From contig OZ244974.1 of NCBI GenBank assembly GCA_965222955.1, positions 2,077,940-2,141,939 on the forward strand: a DNA stretch of 64,000 bases, written 5' to 3'. Under the pieces are notes generated by a model. That model saw nothing but the letters and a program-made list of their open reading frames with translations, was not told the DNA's origin and did not search any database. A program made the position numbers and the translations under genes. This DNA is from Hyphomicrobiales bacterium (lineage in GTDB: Bacteria; Pseudomonadota; Alphaproteobacteria; Rhizobiales; CBDCVD01). Of the stretch, positions 10,862 to 20,227 are shown piece after piece; position 1 is the first letter of the stretch, and every line of letters starts with the position of its first letter.

Positions 10862-11665
10862 TCAGGGTGCGGGGAAAAACCTGTTTGAGCGCCCCGTCAA
10901 CCTGTACACCGCCAGTCCCACCCATTCAAGTACGGCGATATCGAGCAAATGCAACCCTCTGGGCAAGCGTGTGTGCAGAAAATACAGATCGGACGCGCCA
11001 TGCGTGCGATAGTCCACCACTGCCGGAACAACAGAAAATCCCGCCTGCCGGAACGCGCCCACGGCGCGCGGCATATGAAAGGCCGAGGTGACGAGAACCC
11101 ACGTCTGGTCTGCCCGAGGCTTGACGAGGTCGCGCGTGAACACGGCATTTTGATAGGTGTTGCGCGCCTGCGGCTCCACGATAATCCGATGGGCCGCGAT
11201 GCCGGCCTGGCGCAAAAACGTCCCAACGGCGTCTGCCGCTTCATGACCCTGCGCTGAGGCGCCAGCGGTGCTGCCGGTAAAAACCACTTTGGCCATGGGC
11301 CAGCGCTGCGCCAGGCGCATGCCTTCCATCAGCCGCTCTGCCGCTTCGTTTACTGCAAGCCCGGGCCGCGCCGCACTGATCCTTCCCTCCTCAAAGCCGC
11401 CAAGGATTATCACCCCCTCGACATTATCGCCCGAAGATGGCAAACGCATCGCCGCAAACCGGTTCTCAAGAGGCAGCAAAAGCCATGTGCCGAGTGGCAG
11501 AAAGCCGCTCATGAGCAGCAGCACAAAACTGAAGACGAACAATCGTCGCCCTGTCCGCCGCCACGACGGATGGAGAAGACACAGAACGCCGACGCCCATA
11601 AGAGCGACGATAAATGAAGAGGGCTGAATAAAAAAACCCGCAATTTTGGCAACCGTATGGAACAT
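10862..11665 (-). CDS. YdcF/ElyC family protein (DUF218)
   Basis: 267 aa with N-terminal TM helices and a DUF218-like core (VIILGGFEEG, WVLVTSAFHMPRA). Confidence 0.8.
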   Translation of the reverse strand: MFHTVAKIAGFFIQPSSFIVALMGVGVLCLLHPSWRRTGRRLFVFSFVLLLMSGFLPLGTWLLLPLENRFAAMRLPSSGDNVEGVIILGGFEEGRISAARPGLAVNEAAERLMEGMRLAQRWPMAKVVFTGSTAGASAQGHEAADAVGTFLRQAGIAAHRIIVEPQARNTYQNAVFTRDLVKPRADQTWVLVTSAFHMPRAVGAFRQAGFSVVPAVVDYRTHGASDLYFLHTRLPRGLHLLDIAVLEWVGLAVYRLTGRSNRFFPAP

Positions 11666-11678
11666 GACACGCTTGTCT

Positions 11679-11784
11679 TATACCAGCGGTATTGGCGTTT
11701 TGTACACGCTGACTTGTGTATAGTGTTGATAAAACAACGGTTTTAAGCCAAGTCAGGAGTCAAACGCAAAGCCCCTTGGTATTA
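11679..11784. mobile_element. B-type element
   Basis: tataccagcggtattggcgttttgtacacgctgac...caggagtcaaacgcaaagccccttggtatta. Confidence 0.8.
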
Positions 11785-11964
11785 TGATTTTTCAACAGGT
11801 TGTTCCTGATAAACCCATCAGGTACAGGCGGCCATTCACCTGATCACTAGAGCGTGTCAGGTAAATGGCCCGGTATGGCCTTGCGGCTCGCCATCCGCGG
11901 CAAGGGCCGCAAGAGAGGTAACGTCAGATTTGCCCGTCCCGGGAACAACCTGTTACAATTATAC
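11785..11964. mobile_element. E-type element carrying an about 40-bp insertion with an A-type terminus
   Basis: Ends tttttcaacaggttgttcc / gggaacaacctgttacaattatac. Relative to the copy at 38537.. it has the extra segment tacaggcggccattcacctgatcactagagcgtgtcagg. Ends 2 nt from the rarA TAG stop. Confidence 0.75.
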
Positions 11965-11966
11965 AG

Positions 11967-13328
11967 CTATGGGTTCGTCTTTTGCGTTCGCCCGCTAACG
12001 TGACCTTCAGCATCAGCGTTTTGCCTGGCGCGCATTTCGCTCCATCGATCGATGCGCGCCTTCAACACCTCTTCAAATCCGCGTCCGTCCGGTTCGTAAA
12101 AAGTCTGGCGCGCCATTTGCGGCGGGAAATAGTTCTGGCCGGAAAACACCTCCGCGGTGTCGTGATCGTAGACATACCCTGCCCCGTACCCCTGCTTTTT
12201 CATCAACTGCGTCGGCGCGCCAAGGATGTGCTTGGGCGGCATGAGCGAGCCGTGCTCCTTGGCCGCCTTCATGGCGGCGCCATAGGCACGATAGGCGGCA
12301 TTCGATTTCGGCGCGCTGGCAAGATAGAGCACCGCCTGAGCAAGCGCCAGTTCGCCCTCGGGGGAGCCCAGCATATTATAGGCATCGCGGGCCGCATTGG
12401 CCTGTACAAGCGCCTGCGGATCGGCCAGACCAATATCCTCGATAGCCATGCGGATCAGGCGGCGCGCCAGATACATGGGGTCCTCGCCGCCATCAAGCAT
12501 GCGGGCGAAATAGTACAGGGCAGCATCGACATCGGAGCCGCGCACCGATTTATGCAGCGCCGAGATCAGGTTATAATGGCCATCGCCCGATTTGTCATAA
12601 ACGGGCGCGCGCCGCTGTACCAGGTCCTGTACGGCGACGGCATCCAGCAGCGGCGTCGACCGATCCGATGGAGAGGCGCGCCATATGTCCTCGGCCAAAT
12701 TCAGAACAGCACGGCCATCGCCGTTTGCCATGCGCATTAAAGCGCCCCGCGCCTCGTCATCGATCGGCAGGGGGCTGCCCTGGTGCCGCTCTGCCATGGC
12801 GAGCAGGCGCGCCAGGGCGGTATCGTCGAGGGGCTTGAACACCATTACCTGGGCGCGCGACAGCAGGGCGGCATTCAATTCAAACGACGGATTTTCTGTC
12901 GTCGCGCCCACAATGGTGACGGTTCCGTCCTCCATGACGGGCAGAAAACTGTCTTGCTGGGCACGATTGAAGCGGTGAATCTCGTCGATGAAAAGCAGCG
13001 TACCGGTGCCGGTCTGGCGGCGCGCACGCGCCTGTTCGAACAGTTTCTTTAGCGCGGCAACGCCGGTAAAAATCGCCGAAATCTGCTGAAAATGCAGCTT
13101 TGTTTCATTGGCAAGAAGGCGCGCAACACTCGTCTTTCCCGTGCCGGGCGGTCCCCAAAAGATAAGAGAGCCGATATTGCCCGCACGCAGCATTCGCTGC
13201 AACGCTCCCTGGCTGTCCGTCAGGTGCGCCTGGCCGACAACATCCGACAAGGCGGCAGGACGCAACCGATCAGCCAGGGGGCGCGGCGCGGCGCGATCCA
13301 GACCGGCGGCATCAAACAGATTGCTCAC
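11967..13328 (-). CDS. rarA: Replication-associated recombination protein A (AAA ATPase)
   Basis: 453 aa; Walker A FWGPPGTGKTS; LFIDEIHRFN; MgsA C-terminal region. GTG start preceded by GAGGA. Confidence 0.93.
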   Translation of the reverse strand: MSNLFDAAGLDRAAPRPLADRLRPAALSDVVGQAHLTDSQGALQRMLRAGNIGSLIFWGPPGTGKTSVARLLANETKLHFQQISAIFTGVAALKKLFEQARARRQTGTGTLLFIDEIHRFNRAQQDSFLPVMEDGTVTIVGATTENPSFELNAALLSRAQVMVFKPLDDTALARLLAMAERHQGSPLPIDDEARGALMRMANGDGRAVLNLAEDIWRASPSDRSTPLLDAVAVQDLVQRRAPVYDKSGDGHYNLISALHKSVRGSDVDAALYYFARMLDGGEDPMYLARRLIRMAIEDIGLADPQALVQANAARDAYNMLGSPEGELALAQAVLYLASAPKSNAAYRAYGAAMKAAKEHGSLMPPKHILGAPTQLMKKQGYGAGYVYDHDTAEVFSGQNYFPPQMARQTFYEPDGRGFEEVLKARIDRWSEMRARQNADAEGHVSGRTQKTNP

Positions 13329-13364
13329 GAAATTTCCTCAATACCGACAGCGATCGGTTGCCTG

Positions 13365-14825
13365 TCATCCGCTCACCATCGTCGAAATCAGACGGCCATC
13401 GCGCTCGATGGTAAAGCGCCAAAGGCGCCGGCGCTGGCTTGTCAGGGATTTTATTGTGGCCGTATCGGTTATCTGCGTATCATCGATGGTACGGATAATA
13501 TCGCCACGTTTCAAGCCCAGGCGCGCCGCCCGGGAGCGGCGGGCAACCTTGACGATCGCAACGCCGGTAAGGTCATAGGCCAGGGATAGTTCATCCGCCA
13601 CCGCTGGCGATAGATTGACAACCACAGCGCCACGAAAGGGCGTCGGCCCCGATAAATCCACCATCTGGCGCGGCACGGTCTCCAGGGGCGGAACCAGTTC
13701 GATCGTCAGAGCACGTTGTTGATTGTTGCGCAAAACGGTAATTTCGGCCGTGGCGCCAATGGCCCTGGTGGCAAAACGATAGGTAAAACTCTGCGGATCG
13801 TCGATCGTCTTGCCATCAAGGGCGAGGATCACGTCGCCAACGCGCAAACCGGCCCGGTCTGCCGGCCCGGATTCAAACACGCGGGTGACAATCGCCCCGA
13901 TGGGCCGCGACAGGGAAAGGGCAGCACGCATATCGGGTGTGATCGCCTGCAGGCTGGCGCCGAGCCAGGCGCGCTTGACGCCGCCACCGGCGGCCGCCGA
14001 TTCGATTATCCGGCGCACCATATTGGCGGGGATGGCGAAGCCAATGCCGTTTGAGCCGCCGGATCGGGTAAAAATGGCGGTGTTGATGCCCACCAGGTGC
14101 CCGTTCATATCGATCAGCGCGCCACCGGAATTGCCCGGGTTGATCGCCGCATCGGTTTGAATGAAGAACTGATAATCGGAAATCCCCACCTGCGTGCGCG
14201 CCAGGGCCGAGACAATGCCGCTGGTGACCGTTTGCCCGACGCCGAACGGATTGCCGATGGCCAGGACCAGATCGCCCACTTGAAGACCCTCTGAATCCGC
14301 CACCAGGGGAACACTGGAAAACACCGGTGCCTCTGCCTCTGCCTCGCCTCTTATTTTCAGCACCGCCAGATCGGTTCGCTCATCGCGCAACACGACATCG
14401 GCGCCAAAGGCGCGTTTATCAGCCAGCACCACCTGAATATCCTCGGCCCCGGCGATAACGTGATGATTGGTCACCACCAGCCCATCGGTGCGCACGATCA
14501 CCCCGGAGCCCAGAGACCGTTCCACCTGATCGGGACGCCGCCGGGTCTGTCCCTCGCCGAAGAAATGGCGAAAAAACGGATCATCGAAAAACGGCGACAG
14601 GCGGCGGCGCGAAAGCCGCTTGGCGTAGATGTTCACAACACCCGCCGATACCCTCTTGACGATCGGCGCGAACGATAACTGAATTTGCTGCTCGTCCTTT
14701 GGCACCAGACGCCGCGTTTCGCTTTGCGACAGGGCCCGCTCCGGCGCGGCCACCAGCCATACCAGCATCAAAAAACCGGTAATAATATACCCCTTCCGGC
14801 CCCCTGGAAAATGCCGTTTGGTCAT
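13365..14825 (-). CDS. Do/DegP/DegQ family periplasmic serine endoprotease
   Basis: 486 aa with a signal peptide; His/Asp/Ser protease motifs (TNHHVI, DLAVLKI, GNSGGALIDMNG) and two PDZ-like regions. Confidence 0.92.
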   Translation of the reverse strand: MTKRHFPGGRKGYIITGFLMLVWLVAAPERALSQSETRRLVPKDEQQIQLSFAPIVKRVSAGVVNIYAKRLSRRRLSPFFDDPFFRHFFGEGQTRRRPDQVERSLGSGVIVRTDGLVVTNHHVIAGAEDIQVVLADKRAFGADVVLRDERTDLAVLKIRGEAEAEAPVFSSVPLVADSEGLQVGDLVLAIGNPFGVGQTVTSGIVSALARTQVGISDYQFFIQTDAAINPGNSGGALIDMNGHLVGINTAIFTRSGGSNGIGFAIPANMVRRIIESAAAGGGVKRAWLGASLQAITPDMRAALSLSRPIGAIVTRVFESGPADRAGLRVGDVILALDGKTIDDPQSFTYRFATRAIGATAEITVLRNNQQRALTIELVPPLETVPRQMVDLSGPTPFRGAVVVNLSPAVADELSLAYDLTGVAIVKVARRSRAARLGLKRGDIIRTIDDTQITDTATIKSLTSQRRRLWRFTIERDGRLISTMVSG

Positions 14826-14876
14826 GAATATCTCGCTGTCCTTCTTCGTTGCGATGTCGATTCTACCGGATCATTT

Positions 14877-15119
14877 ATACCAGCGGTATTGGCTTTTTGT
14901 ACACGCTGACAAGTGTATCGTGCTGACAAGACAACGGTTTTGATCCGGGCCAGGAGTCAAACGCAAGGCCCTTTGGTATTACACGATTGAACTACCCGCT
15001 CCTGTAGAGCGTGTAATACCAAGGGGCTTCGCGTTTGACTCCTGGCCCGGATCAAAACCGTTGTCTTATCAGCACGATACACTTATCAGCGTGTACAAAA
15101 CGCCAATACCGCTGGTATA
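14877..15119. repeat. Two B-type elements head to head (about 240-bp palindrome)
   Basis: 14877..14981 and 15014..15119 are reverse complements of each other, separated by about 30 nt that include gtagagcgtgt (an A-type terminus remnant). Confidence 0.85.
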
Positions 15120-15228
15120 ACTTCAACAGGTTGTTCTCGAAAAACCCATCGGGTGCTGCTGGCGGCAAGGGCGAAAAAGGTATCACTTCCGGTTTGCCTG
15201 TCGCAGGAACAAACTGTTGAACGATCAC
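15120..15228. mobile_element. E-type element, short variant
   Basis: cttcaacaggttgttctc...caggaacaaactgttgaacgatcac. The terminal gatcac contains the lipB TGA stop (15225..15227). Confidence 0.7.
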
Positions 15229-15953
15229 ACCTGGGGCGTTGCAAAGACGGTGCCGAATTCGCGGCGCAAAACCGCATCAACTTGCGCCATGGAAACCGTA
15301 ACGCCCAGATCGGCAAGGCTGGTCACACCGTGCCCCTCAATGCCGCACGGAACAATGCCCGCGTAATGGGAAAGATCGGGATCAATATTCAGGCTGACGC
15401 CGTGCCAGGTTATCCATCGGCTGACACGCACGCCGATGGCGCCGATCTTGCATTCGGCCGGCGCGCAGGACCCTGCCCGACCCGATGGACGCCTCACCCA
15501 CACGCCGATACGATCGGTGCGGCGCTCGCCGCGAATACCGAAGGCCGCCAGGGTGGCGATGAGCCACTCCTCCAGACGCCAGACAAAGGCGCGAATATCG
15601 CGGCCACGACAGCGCAGATCGAGCATGACATAGACAACCCGCTGGCCGGGACCGTGATAGGTGTATTTCCCGCCGCGCCCGGCCTGAAAGACGGGAAAAC
15701 GATCCGGATGGCGCAATTCATCGGCCCCGGCGCTGGTACCGGCGGTGTAAAGGGGAGGATGCTGCAACAGCCAGATCTGCTCGCCAGCCTGGCCGTTCGC
15801 AATCTGCCCGATGCGCGCGCGCATCGTGTCCAGGGCCTGCGGGTAGTCTGTCAGACCTGGCGATACCGTCCACTCAGGCGGCGGGAGCAAGGCAGCGGCG
15901 GGGAGTTGTTGCGGCGGGGAGTTGTCGATGTCAATCGGGGAGGTGTCGTTCAT
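15225..15953 (-). CDS. lipB: Lipoyl(octanoyl) transferase
   Basis: 242 aa; LipB motifs ([54 protein letters not shown]). Confidence 0.93.
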   Translation of the reverse strand: MNDTSPIDIDNSPPQQLPAAALLPPPEWTVSPGLTDYPQALDTMRARIGQIANGQAGEQIWLLQHPPLYTAGTSAGADELRHPDRFPVFQAGRGGKYTYHGPGQRVVYVMLDLRCRGRDIRAFVWRLEEWLIATLAAFGIRGERRTDRIGVWVRRPSGRAGSCAPAECKIGAIGVRVSRWITWHGVSLNIDPDLSHYAGIVPCGIEGHGVTSLADLGVTVSMAQVDAVLRREFGTVFATPQV

Positions 15954-15988
15954 CGGCGCTCCGGTCAGCGCTGGTGTTAAAAGTCACG

Positions 15989-16000
15989 CCCCCCCCCCCC
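15989..16000. repeat. Homopolymeric C12 (G12 on the coding strand) tract
   Basis: Read directly: aagtcacgcc cccccccccc gcagc. Lies between the rplQ stop (16014) and the lipB ATG (15953). Confidence 0.9.
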
Positions 16001-16013
16001 GCAGCCCGCGGCG

Positions 16014-16448
16014 TCAGGTGATTGTTTCGGCGCTATCACCGTCGTCGCCATCGGTCATCACCGGGCCCGAATCCTGCCCCCGCGCATCCGGATCACGATC
16101 GACGAATTCGATAACCGCCATGGGAGCGTTGTCACCATGGCGAAAGCCGGCGCGCAAAACCCGTGTGTAGCCCCCCTGGCGATCCGCGTAACGCGCCCCC
16201 AGGGTATCAAAAAGTTTGCCGACCATGGCCTTGTCGCGAACCTTGCCGATCGCCCGGCGGCGCGCCGCCAGATCGCCGCGTTTGGCCAGGGTGATCAGCT
16301 TGTCGGCAAATGGACGCATCTCCTTTGCCTTGGGCAGGGTGGTAACGATCTGCTCGTGTTTGATCAACGCCGCCGCCATATTGGCGAACATTGCCTTGCG
16401 ATGGCTTGCCGTGCGGTTCAGCTTGCGGCCTTTGTTACCATGGCGCAT
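16014..16448 (-). CDS. rplQ: 50S ribosomal protein L17
   Basis: Starts [21 protein letters not shown] at the ATG at 16448; acidic C-terminal extension. Confidence 0.95.
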   Translation of the reverse strand: MRHGNKGRKLNRTASHRKAMFANMAAALIKHEQIVTTLPKAKEMRPFADKLITLAKRGDLAARRRAIGKVRDKAMVGKLFDTLGARYADRQGGYTRVLRAGFRHGDNAPMAVIEFVDRDPDARGQDSGPVMTDGDDGDSAETIT

Positions 16449-16541
16449 GCCTGTCTCCTTATGCAATCAAGTGGCTCTGACAAGTGGTTTCGAGCCATCG
16501 CATTATCCTCCATGGAAGCGATGCGACTCAACTCCGACCGA

Positions 16542-17558
16542 TCAGTATTTGTCCTCGAATTTCTTGGCCAGTTCCTCGATACTCTCCGGCGGCCAACTGG
16601 GCACTTCCATTCCCAGATGCAATCCCATACCCGCCAGCACTTCCTTGATTTCGTTAAGCGATTTGCGGCCGAAATTGGGCGTGCGTAACATCTCGGCTTC
16701 GGACTTCTGGATCAGATCGCCGATATAGACGATGTTATCGTTCTTAAGACAGTTGGCGGAGCGCACCGAGAGTTCCAACTCGTCCACTTTCTTCAAAAGG
16801 GCCGGATTAAACGCCAGTTCGGGCGCCACTTCCTGTACCACCTCGCGCTGGGGTTCATCGAAGTTAATAAAGATCGACAACTGATCCTGCAAAATACGCG
16901 CCGCAAAGGCGAGCGCATCTTCCGGCGTGACAGAACCGTCGGTTTCAATACTCAAGGTGAGTTTGTCATAGTCGAGGACCTGGCCCTCGCGCGTATTCTC
17001 CACCTTGTAGGAAACCTTCCTGACCGGAGAGTAAAGGGAATCGACCGGAATAAAGCCAATCGGCGCATCCTCGGGGCGGTTCTGCTCGGCCGGATGATAG
17101 CCTTTGCCGGTATTGACGGCGAATTCCATGCGAATATCCGCCCCCTCGTCCAGATGGCAAAGAACAAGGTCCGGATTGAGAATCTCCATATCGCCGACAA
17201 GCTGGATGTCACCGGCGCTGACGACCCCGGGGCCGTGCTTGCTCAGCGCCATGCGCTTGGGACCCTCGCCCTCCATGCGAATGGCAATATCCTTGGTATT
17301 CAGAACGATATCGGTCACGTCTTCGCGCACGCCCGGAATGGACGAAAATTCGTGCAGCACCCCATCGATCTGAATGGCGTTAACCGCCGCACCCTGTAGC
17401 GACGACAGCAGAACGCGACGCAGCGCGTTGCCCAGCGTCATGCCGAAACCACGCTCCAGCGGCTCCGCCACGATTGTCGCCGTCGTGCGCGCATCCTCAC
17501 CCGAGCGCATGTCAAGGCGATGGGGCTTGATGAGTTCCTGCCAGTTCTTGCTGATCAT
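16542..17558 (-). CDS. rpoA: DNA-directed RNA polymerase alpha subunit
   Basis: 338 aa; canonical RpoA N-terminal and C-terminal domains ([32 protein letters not shown]). Confidence 0.97.
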   Translation of the reverse strand: MISKNWQELIKPHRLDMRSGEDARTTATIVAEPLERGFGMTLGNALRRVLLSSLQGAAVNAIQIDGVLHEFSSIPGVREDVTDIVLNTKDIAIRMEGEGPKRMALSKHGPGVVSAGDIQLVGDMEILNPDLVLCHLDEGADIRMEFAVNTGKGYHPAEQNRPEDAPIGFIPVDSLYSPVRKVSYKVENTREGQVLDYDKLTLSIETDGSVTPEDALAFAARILQDQLSIFINFDEPQREVVQEVAPELAFNPALLKKVDELELSVRSANCLKNDNIVYIGDLIQKSEAEMLRTPNFGRKSLNEIKEVLAGMGLHLGMEVPSWPPESIEELAKKFEDKY

Positions 17559-17680
17559 AAATGAAAACCTCTTGTCTTCGCTTCATCGAAGGTATTTGTT
17601 GCCTCGCAAACCGACTGTAATACTTCTCCGCCCCTTTTTGGATTTCGCCGCCCCCCAATGAGAGAAGCCCCGAAAGGCGT

Positions 17681-17738
17681 CATTCCGGGCCATTCACCTG
17701 CACCTATGGGTTTCGTAAGAATACCGTTGAGGTTACAC
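17681..17738. repeat. E-type half element
   Basis: cattccgggccattcacctgcacctatgggtttcgtaagaataccgttgaggttacac resembles the right half of E copies. Confidence 0.55.
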
Positions 17739-17747
17739 ATCCGGGGC

Positions 17748-18104
17748 CTAGAGCGTGTCAGGTCTTAATAGAAGCAATTTTCGTTTCTCGATTGGCGAGG
17801 CGATACCCAGGCTCAAGGCGATCGAAGAGCGATGGCGACCCATCTCTCGAGAGCGGCCTGGGCGTGGGCGTCCGCCAATCGGCAAAGCCGAAGGGACGGG
17901 CGCTTTTGCACCAATATGAACCTTAAGTCTCTTGAAAACAGCCCCACTATATCCTGCGAGACTTAAGGTTCATATTAGATCAGCTTGGCGTTAGCTGTAC
18001 CCATTTTGCCAAGGGTAATGCTAACGCCATAAAGCTGATCGCCCTGAAATCTATAGCAAAATCGCTCCGTCAGAATGATTCTATTAAGACCTGACACGCT
18101 CTAG
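17748..18104. mobile_element. A-type composite element, 357-bp form (arms plus hairpin module H1 plus nested F module)
   Basis: Perfect 24-bp TIR ctagagcgtgtcaggtcttaatag / ctattaagacctgacacgctctag. H1 hairpin at about 17914..17975 (18-bp stem atatgaaccttaagtctc). F module at about 17976..18055. The right terminus overlaps the rpsK TAG stop. Confidence 0.9.
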
Positions 18105-18490
18105 ACCCGCCGGCGCTTGCGCGGCCGGCAGCCGTTATGGGGGATGGGTGTCACATCGCGAATAGACGAGATGGTAAAACCCGCCGCCTGAAGCGCCCGC
18201 AGAGCCGATTCGCGTCCCGAGCCGGGCCCACTGACCTCAACCTCAAGGGTTTTCATGCCGTGATCCATGGCTTTCCTGGCCGCCGCCTCCGCTGTCAACT
18301 GGGCGGCATAGGGGGTGGATTTGCGCGATCCCTTAAAGCCCATGGCACCTGCCGAGCTCCATGAGATGGTATTTCCCTGTGCATCGGTAATGGTGATCAT
18401 GGTGTTGTTAAACGTGGCGCGAACATGCGCTTTGCCGGATGCGATATTCTTGCGCTCGCTGCGCTTGATACGTGCCTTGTCTTTCGCCAT
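18101..18490 (-). CDS. rpsK: 30S ribosomal protein S11
   Basis: 129 aa; S11 sequence ([34 protein letters not shown]). Confidence 0.97.
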   Translation of the reverse strand: MAKDKARIKRSERKNIASGKAHVRATFNNTMITITDAQGNTISWSSAGAMGFKGSRKSTPYAAQLTAEAAARKAMDHGMKTLEVEVSGPGSGRESALRALQAAGFTISSIRDVTPIPHNGCRPRKRRRV

Positions 18491-18545
18491 ATCCCAAATG
18501 GTCCTTGTTCGTCACAGATGCAGCCACATACAGTGGTGGTGCCGA

Positions 18546-18770
18546 CTAGAGCGTGTCATGTCTTATACCAGCGGTATAACCGTTTTGCACACGCTGACTT
18601 GTGTGTCGTGCTGATAAAACAGCGGTTGTAAACCGGGTCAAGAGTCAAACGCAAAGCCCGCTGGTATTAATAGAACCATTCTGACCGGCAAAACTGACGT
18701 TCCACCTCTTACGGCCGTGACCGCAGATTGCCGCAACAAGGTCATACCGGGCCATTCATGGGCCCCGACA
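18546..18770. mobile_element. A-type terminus interrupted by a nested B-type element, followed by E-like sequence
   Basis: ctagagcgtgtcatgtctta | taccagcggtat...(B, 18565..18668)...ctggtat | taatagaaccattctgac, i.e. B inserted inside the A-type TIR. Confidence 0.75.
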
Positions 18771-18939
18771 CAAGATCAAAACACCTCTACCTCGCTTAAA
18801 TCTTCGCTTGAGACTTTAACGTGGCATTGTCACAGATTGGTTTCAGTTAAGTGCAAAACACTGTAGTGGAACCTTGAATTCGACGTTTGGGAACACGCCC
18901 GGCGGCAAACAGGACTCAAATGTCATATTCAGGGTTCCA

Positions 18940-19009
18940 CCAGAGCGTGTCAGGTCTTAACAGAAGCAATTTTCGTTTCTCGATTGGCGAGGCGATACCC
19001 ACGCTCTAG
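18940..19009. mobile_element. A-type element, internally deleted 70-bp form
   Basis: ccagagcgtgtcaggtcttaacagaagcaattttcgtttctcgattggcgaggcgatacccacgctctag. The right terminus overlaps the rpsM TAG stop. Confidence 0.8.
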
Positions 19010-19374
19010 GTCTTTTTGCCGGCGATGGGTTTTGCCGGCCCTTTGCGGGTGCGCGCGTTGGTATGGGTGCGCTGACCGCGCACGGGAAGCCCACGGCGAT
19101 GGCGCAATCCGCGATAGCATCCCAAATCCATCAAACGCTTGATATTCATTGCCACTTCGCGGCGCAAATCCCCTTCCACGATATAGTCGCGATCAATGAC
19201 CTCACGGATCTGGATAATCTCCGCATCCGAGAGTTCGTTGACCCGGCGCGCCTGGGGAATGTTGATTTTCTCGCAAATCTCCCGTGCCTTGGCCGGACCA
19301 ATTCCATGAATATACCGCAGACCGATCTCGACCCGCTTCGTTGTCGGAATATTGACCCCAGCAATTCGCGCCAT
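19006..19374 (-). CDS. rpsM: 30S ribosomal protein S13
   Basis: 122 aa; [10 protein letters not shown]...[24 protein letters not shown]. Confidence 0.97.
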   Translation of the reverse strand: MARIAGVNIPTTKRVEIGLRYIHGIGPAKAREICEKINIPQARRVNELSDAEIIQIREVIDRDYIVEGDLRREVAMNIKRLMDLGCYRGLRHRRGLPVRGQRTHTNARTRKGPAKPIAGKKT

Positions 19375-19501
19375 TCTGGCTCTCCTTTAAGCGTCTTGTC
19401 CTGCATGACCGCGCCAGCACCACCGCCCGCCGCATGTCACCGTGCTCACACCGACACGTACAAACCGCGTAACCGAATCCGTTGTTCTGATTTTGCCAAG
19501 C

Positions 19502-19534
19502 AAAAAACGGCGCCACCCCTCACGGATCGCACCG
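19502..19534 (-). terminator. Candidate intrinsic terminator/attenuator between adk and rpsM
   Basis: The minus strand reads CGGUGC...GGCGCCG (6-bp stem including one G-U pair) followed by UUUUUUG, about 120 nt downstream of the adk stop. Confidence 0.35.
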
Positions 19535-19654
19535 GCAAACATACCTAACACTTGTCTCTCTTATCGTATTCCGCGCACCCACGTCAATCATTTTATCCCC
19601 GTTAACGGCCGATATCACCTTTGCCCGATTGATTGTTCCGCCCGTTATCCGCCC

Positions 19655-20227
19655 TCAGTCAGCCAGAGCCGAAGCGATCTGCGTTGCCACGTCATCGACC
19701 GGCGCCATGCCATCAACGGCTTTCAGTAAGCCGCGCTCGCGATAATACGACGAAAGAGGCGCCGTATCGCGATGATACACCGACAGGCGATGGCGTAACG
19801 CCTCCGGGGTGTCGTCGGCACGCACCGCGCCCTTTGATTCCTGCGCCCGTTTGACAATCCGCGCCAACAACGCCTCACTGTCCACGACAAGCTCGATCAC
19901 CGCATCAAGACGCAACGCCTTTTCATCCAGCATCGCATCCAGAGCGCGCGCCTGTGGGAGCGTGCGCGGAAACCCGTCCAGGATAAACCCGTTGGCGCAA
20001 TCAGCCTCATCGACCCGATCCGAAACAATGGAAACGACAACCGTATCAGGCACCAGTTCTCCACGCGCCATGATATCCCTGGCCTGCAAACCGACCGGCG
20101 TTTGCGCCGCCACGGCGGCGCGAAGCATATCGCCGGTAGATAACTGCACGATGTTATATCCCGCGACCAGTCTGGCGGCTTGCGTTCCCTTGCCGGCGCC
20201 GGGGGGACCAAGTAGGATTAATCTCAT
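19655..20227 (-). CDS. adk: Adenylate kinase (short-lid form)
   Basis: 190 aa; P-loop [12 protein letters not shown]; LSTGDMLR; its ATG overlaps the secY stop. Confidence 0.95.
   Translation of the reverse strand: MRLILLGPPGAGKGTQAARLVAGYNIVQLSTGDMLRAAVAAQTPVGLQARDIMARGELVPDTVVVSIVSDRVDEADCANGFILDGFPRTLPQARALDAMLDEKALRLDAVIELVVDSEALLARIVKRAQESKGAVRADDTPEALRHRLSVYHRDTAPLSSYYRERGLLKAVDGMAPVDDVATQIASALAD

Noticed and set aside
17559-19005. CRISPR array, suggested by the many short repeats with similar cores
   Set aside because: The repeats are palindromic units of different families in both orientations with irregular spacing. They are not equal-length direct repeats separated by unique spacers, and no cas genes are present.
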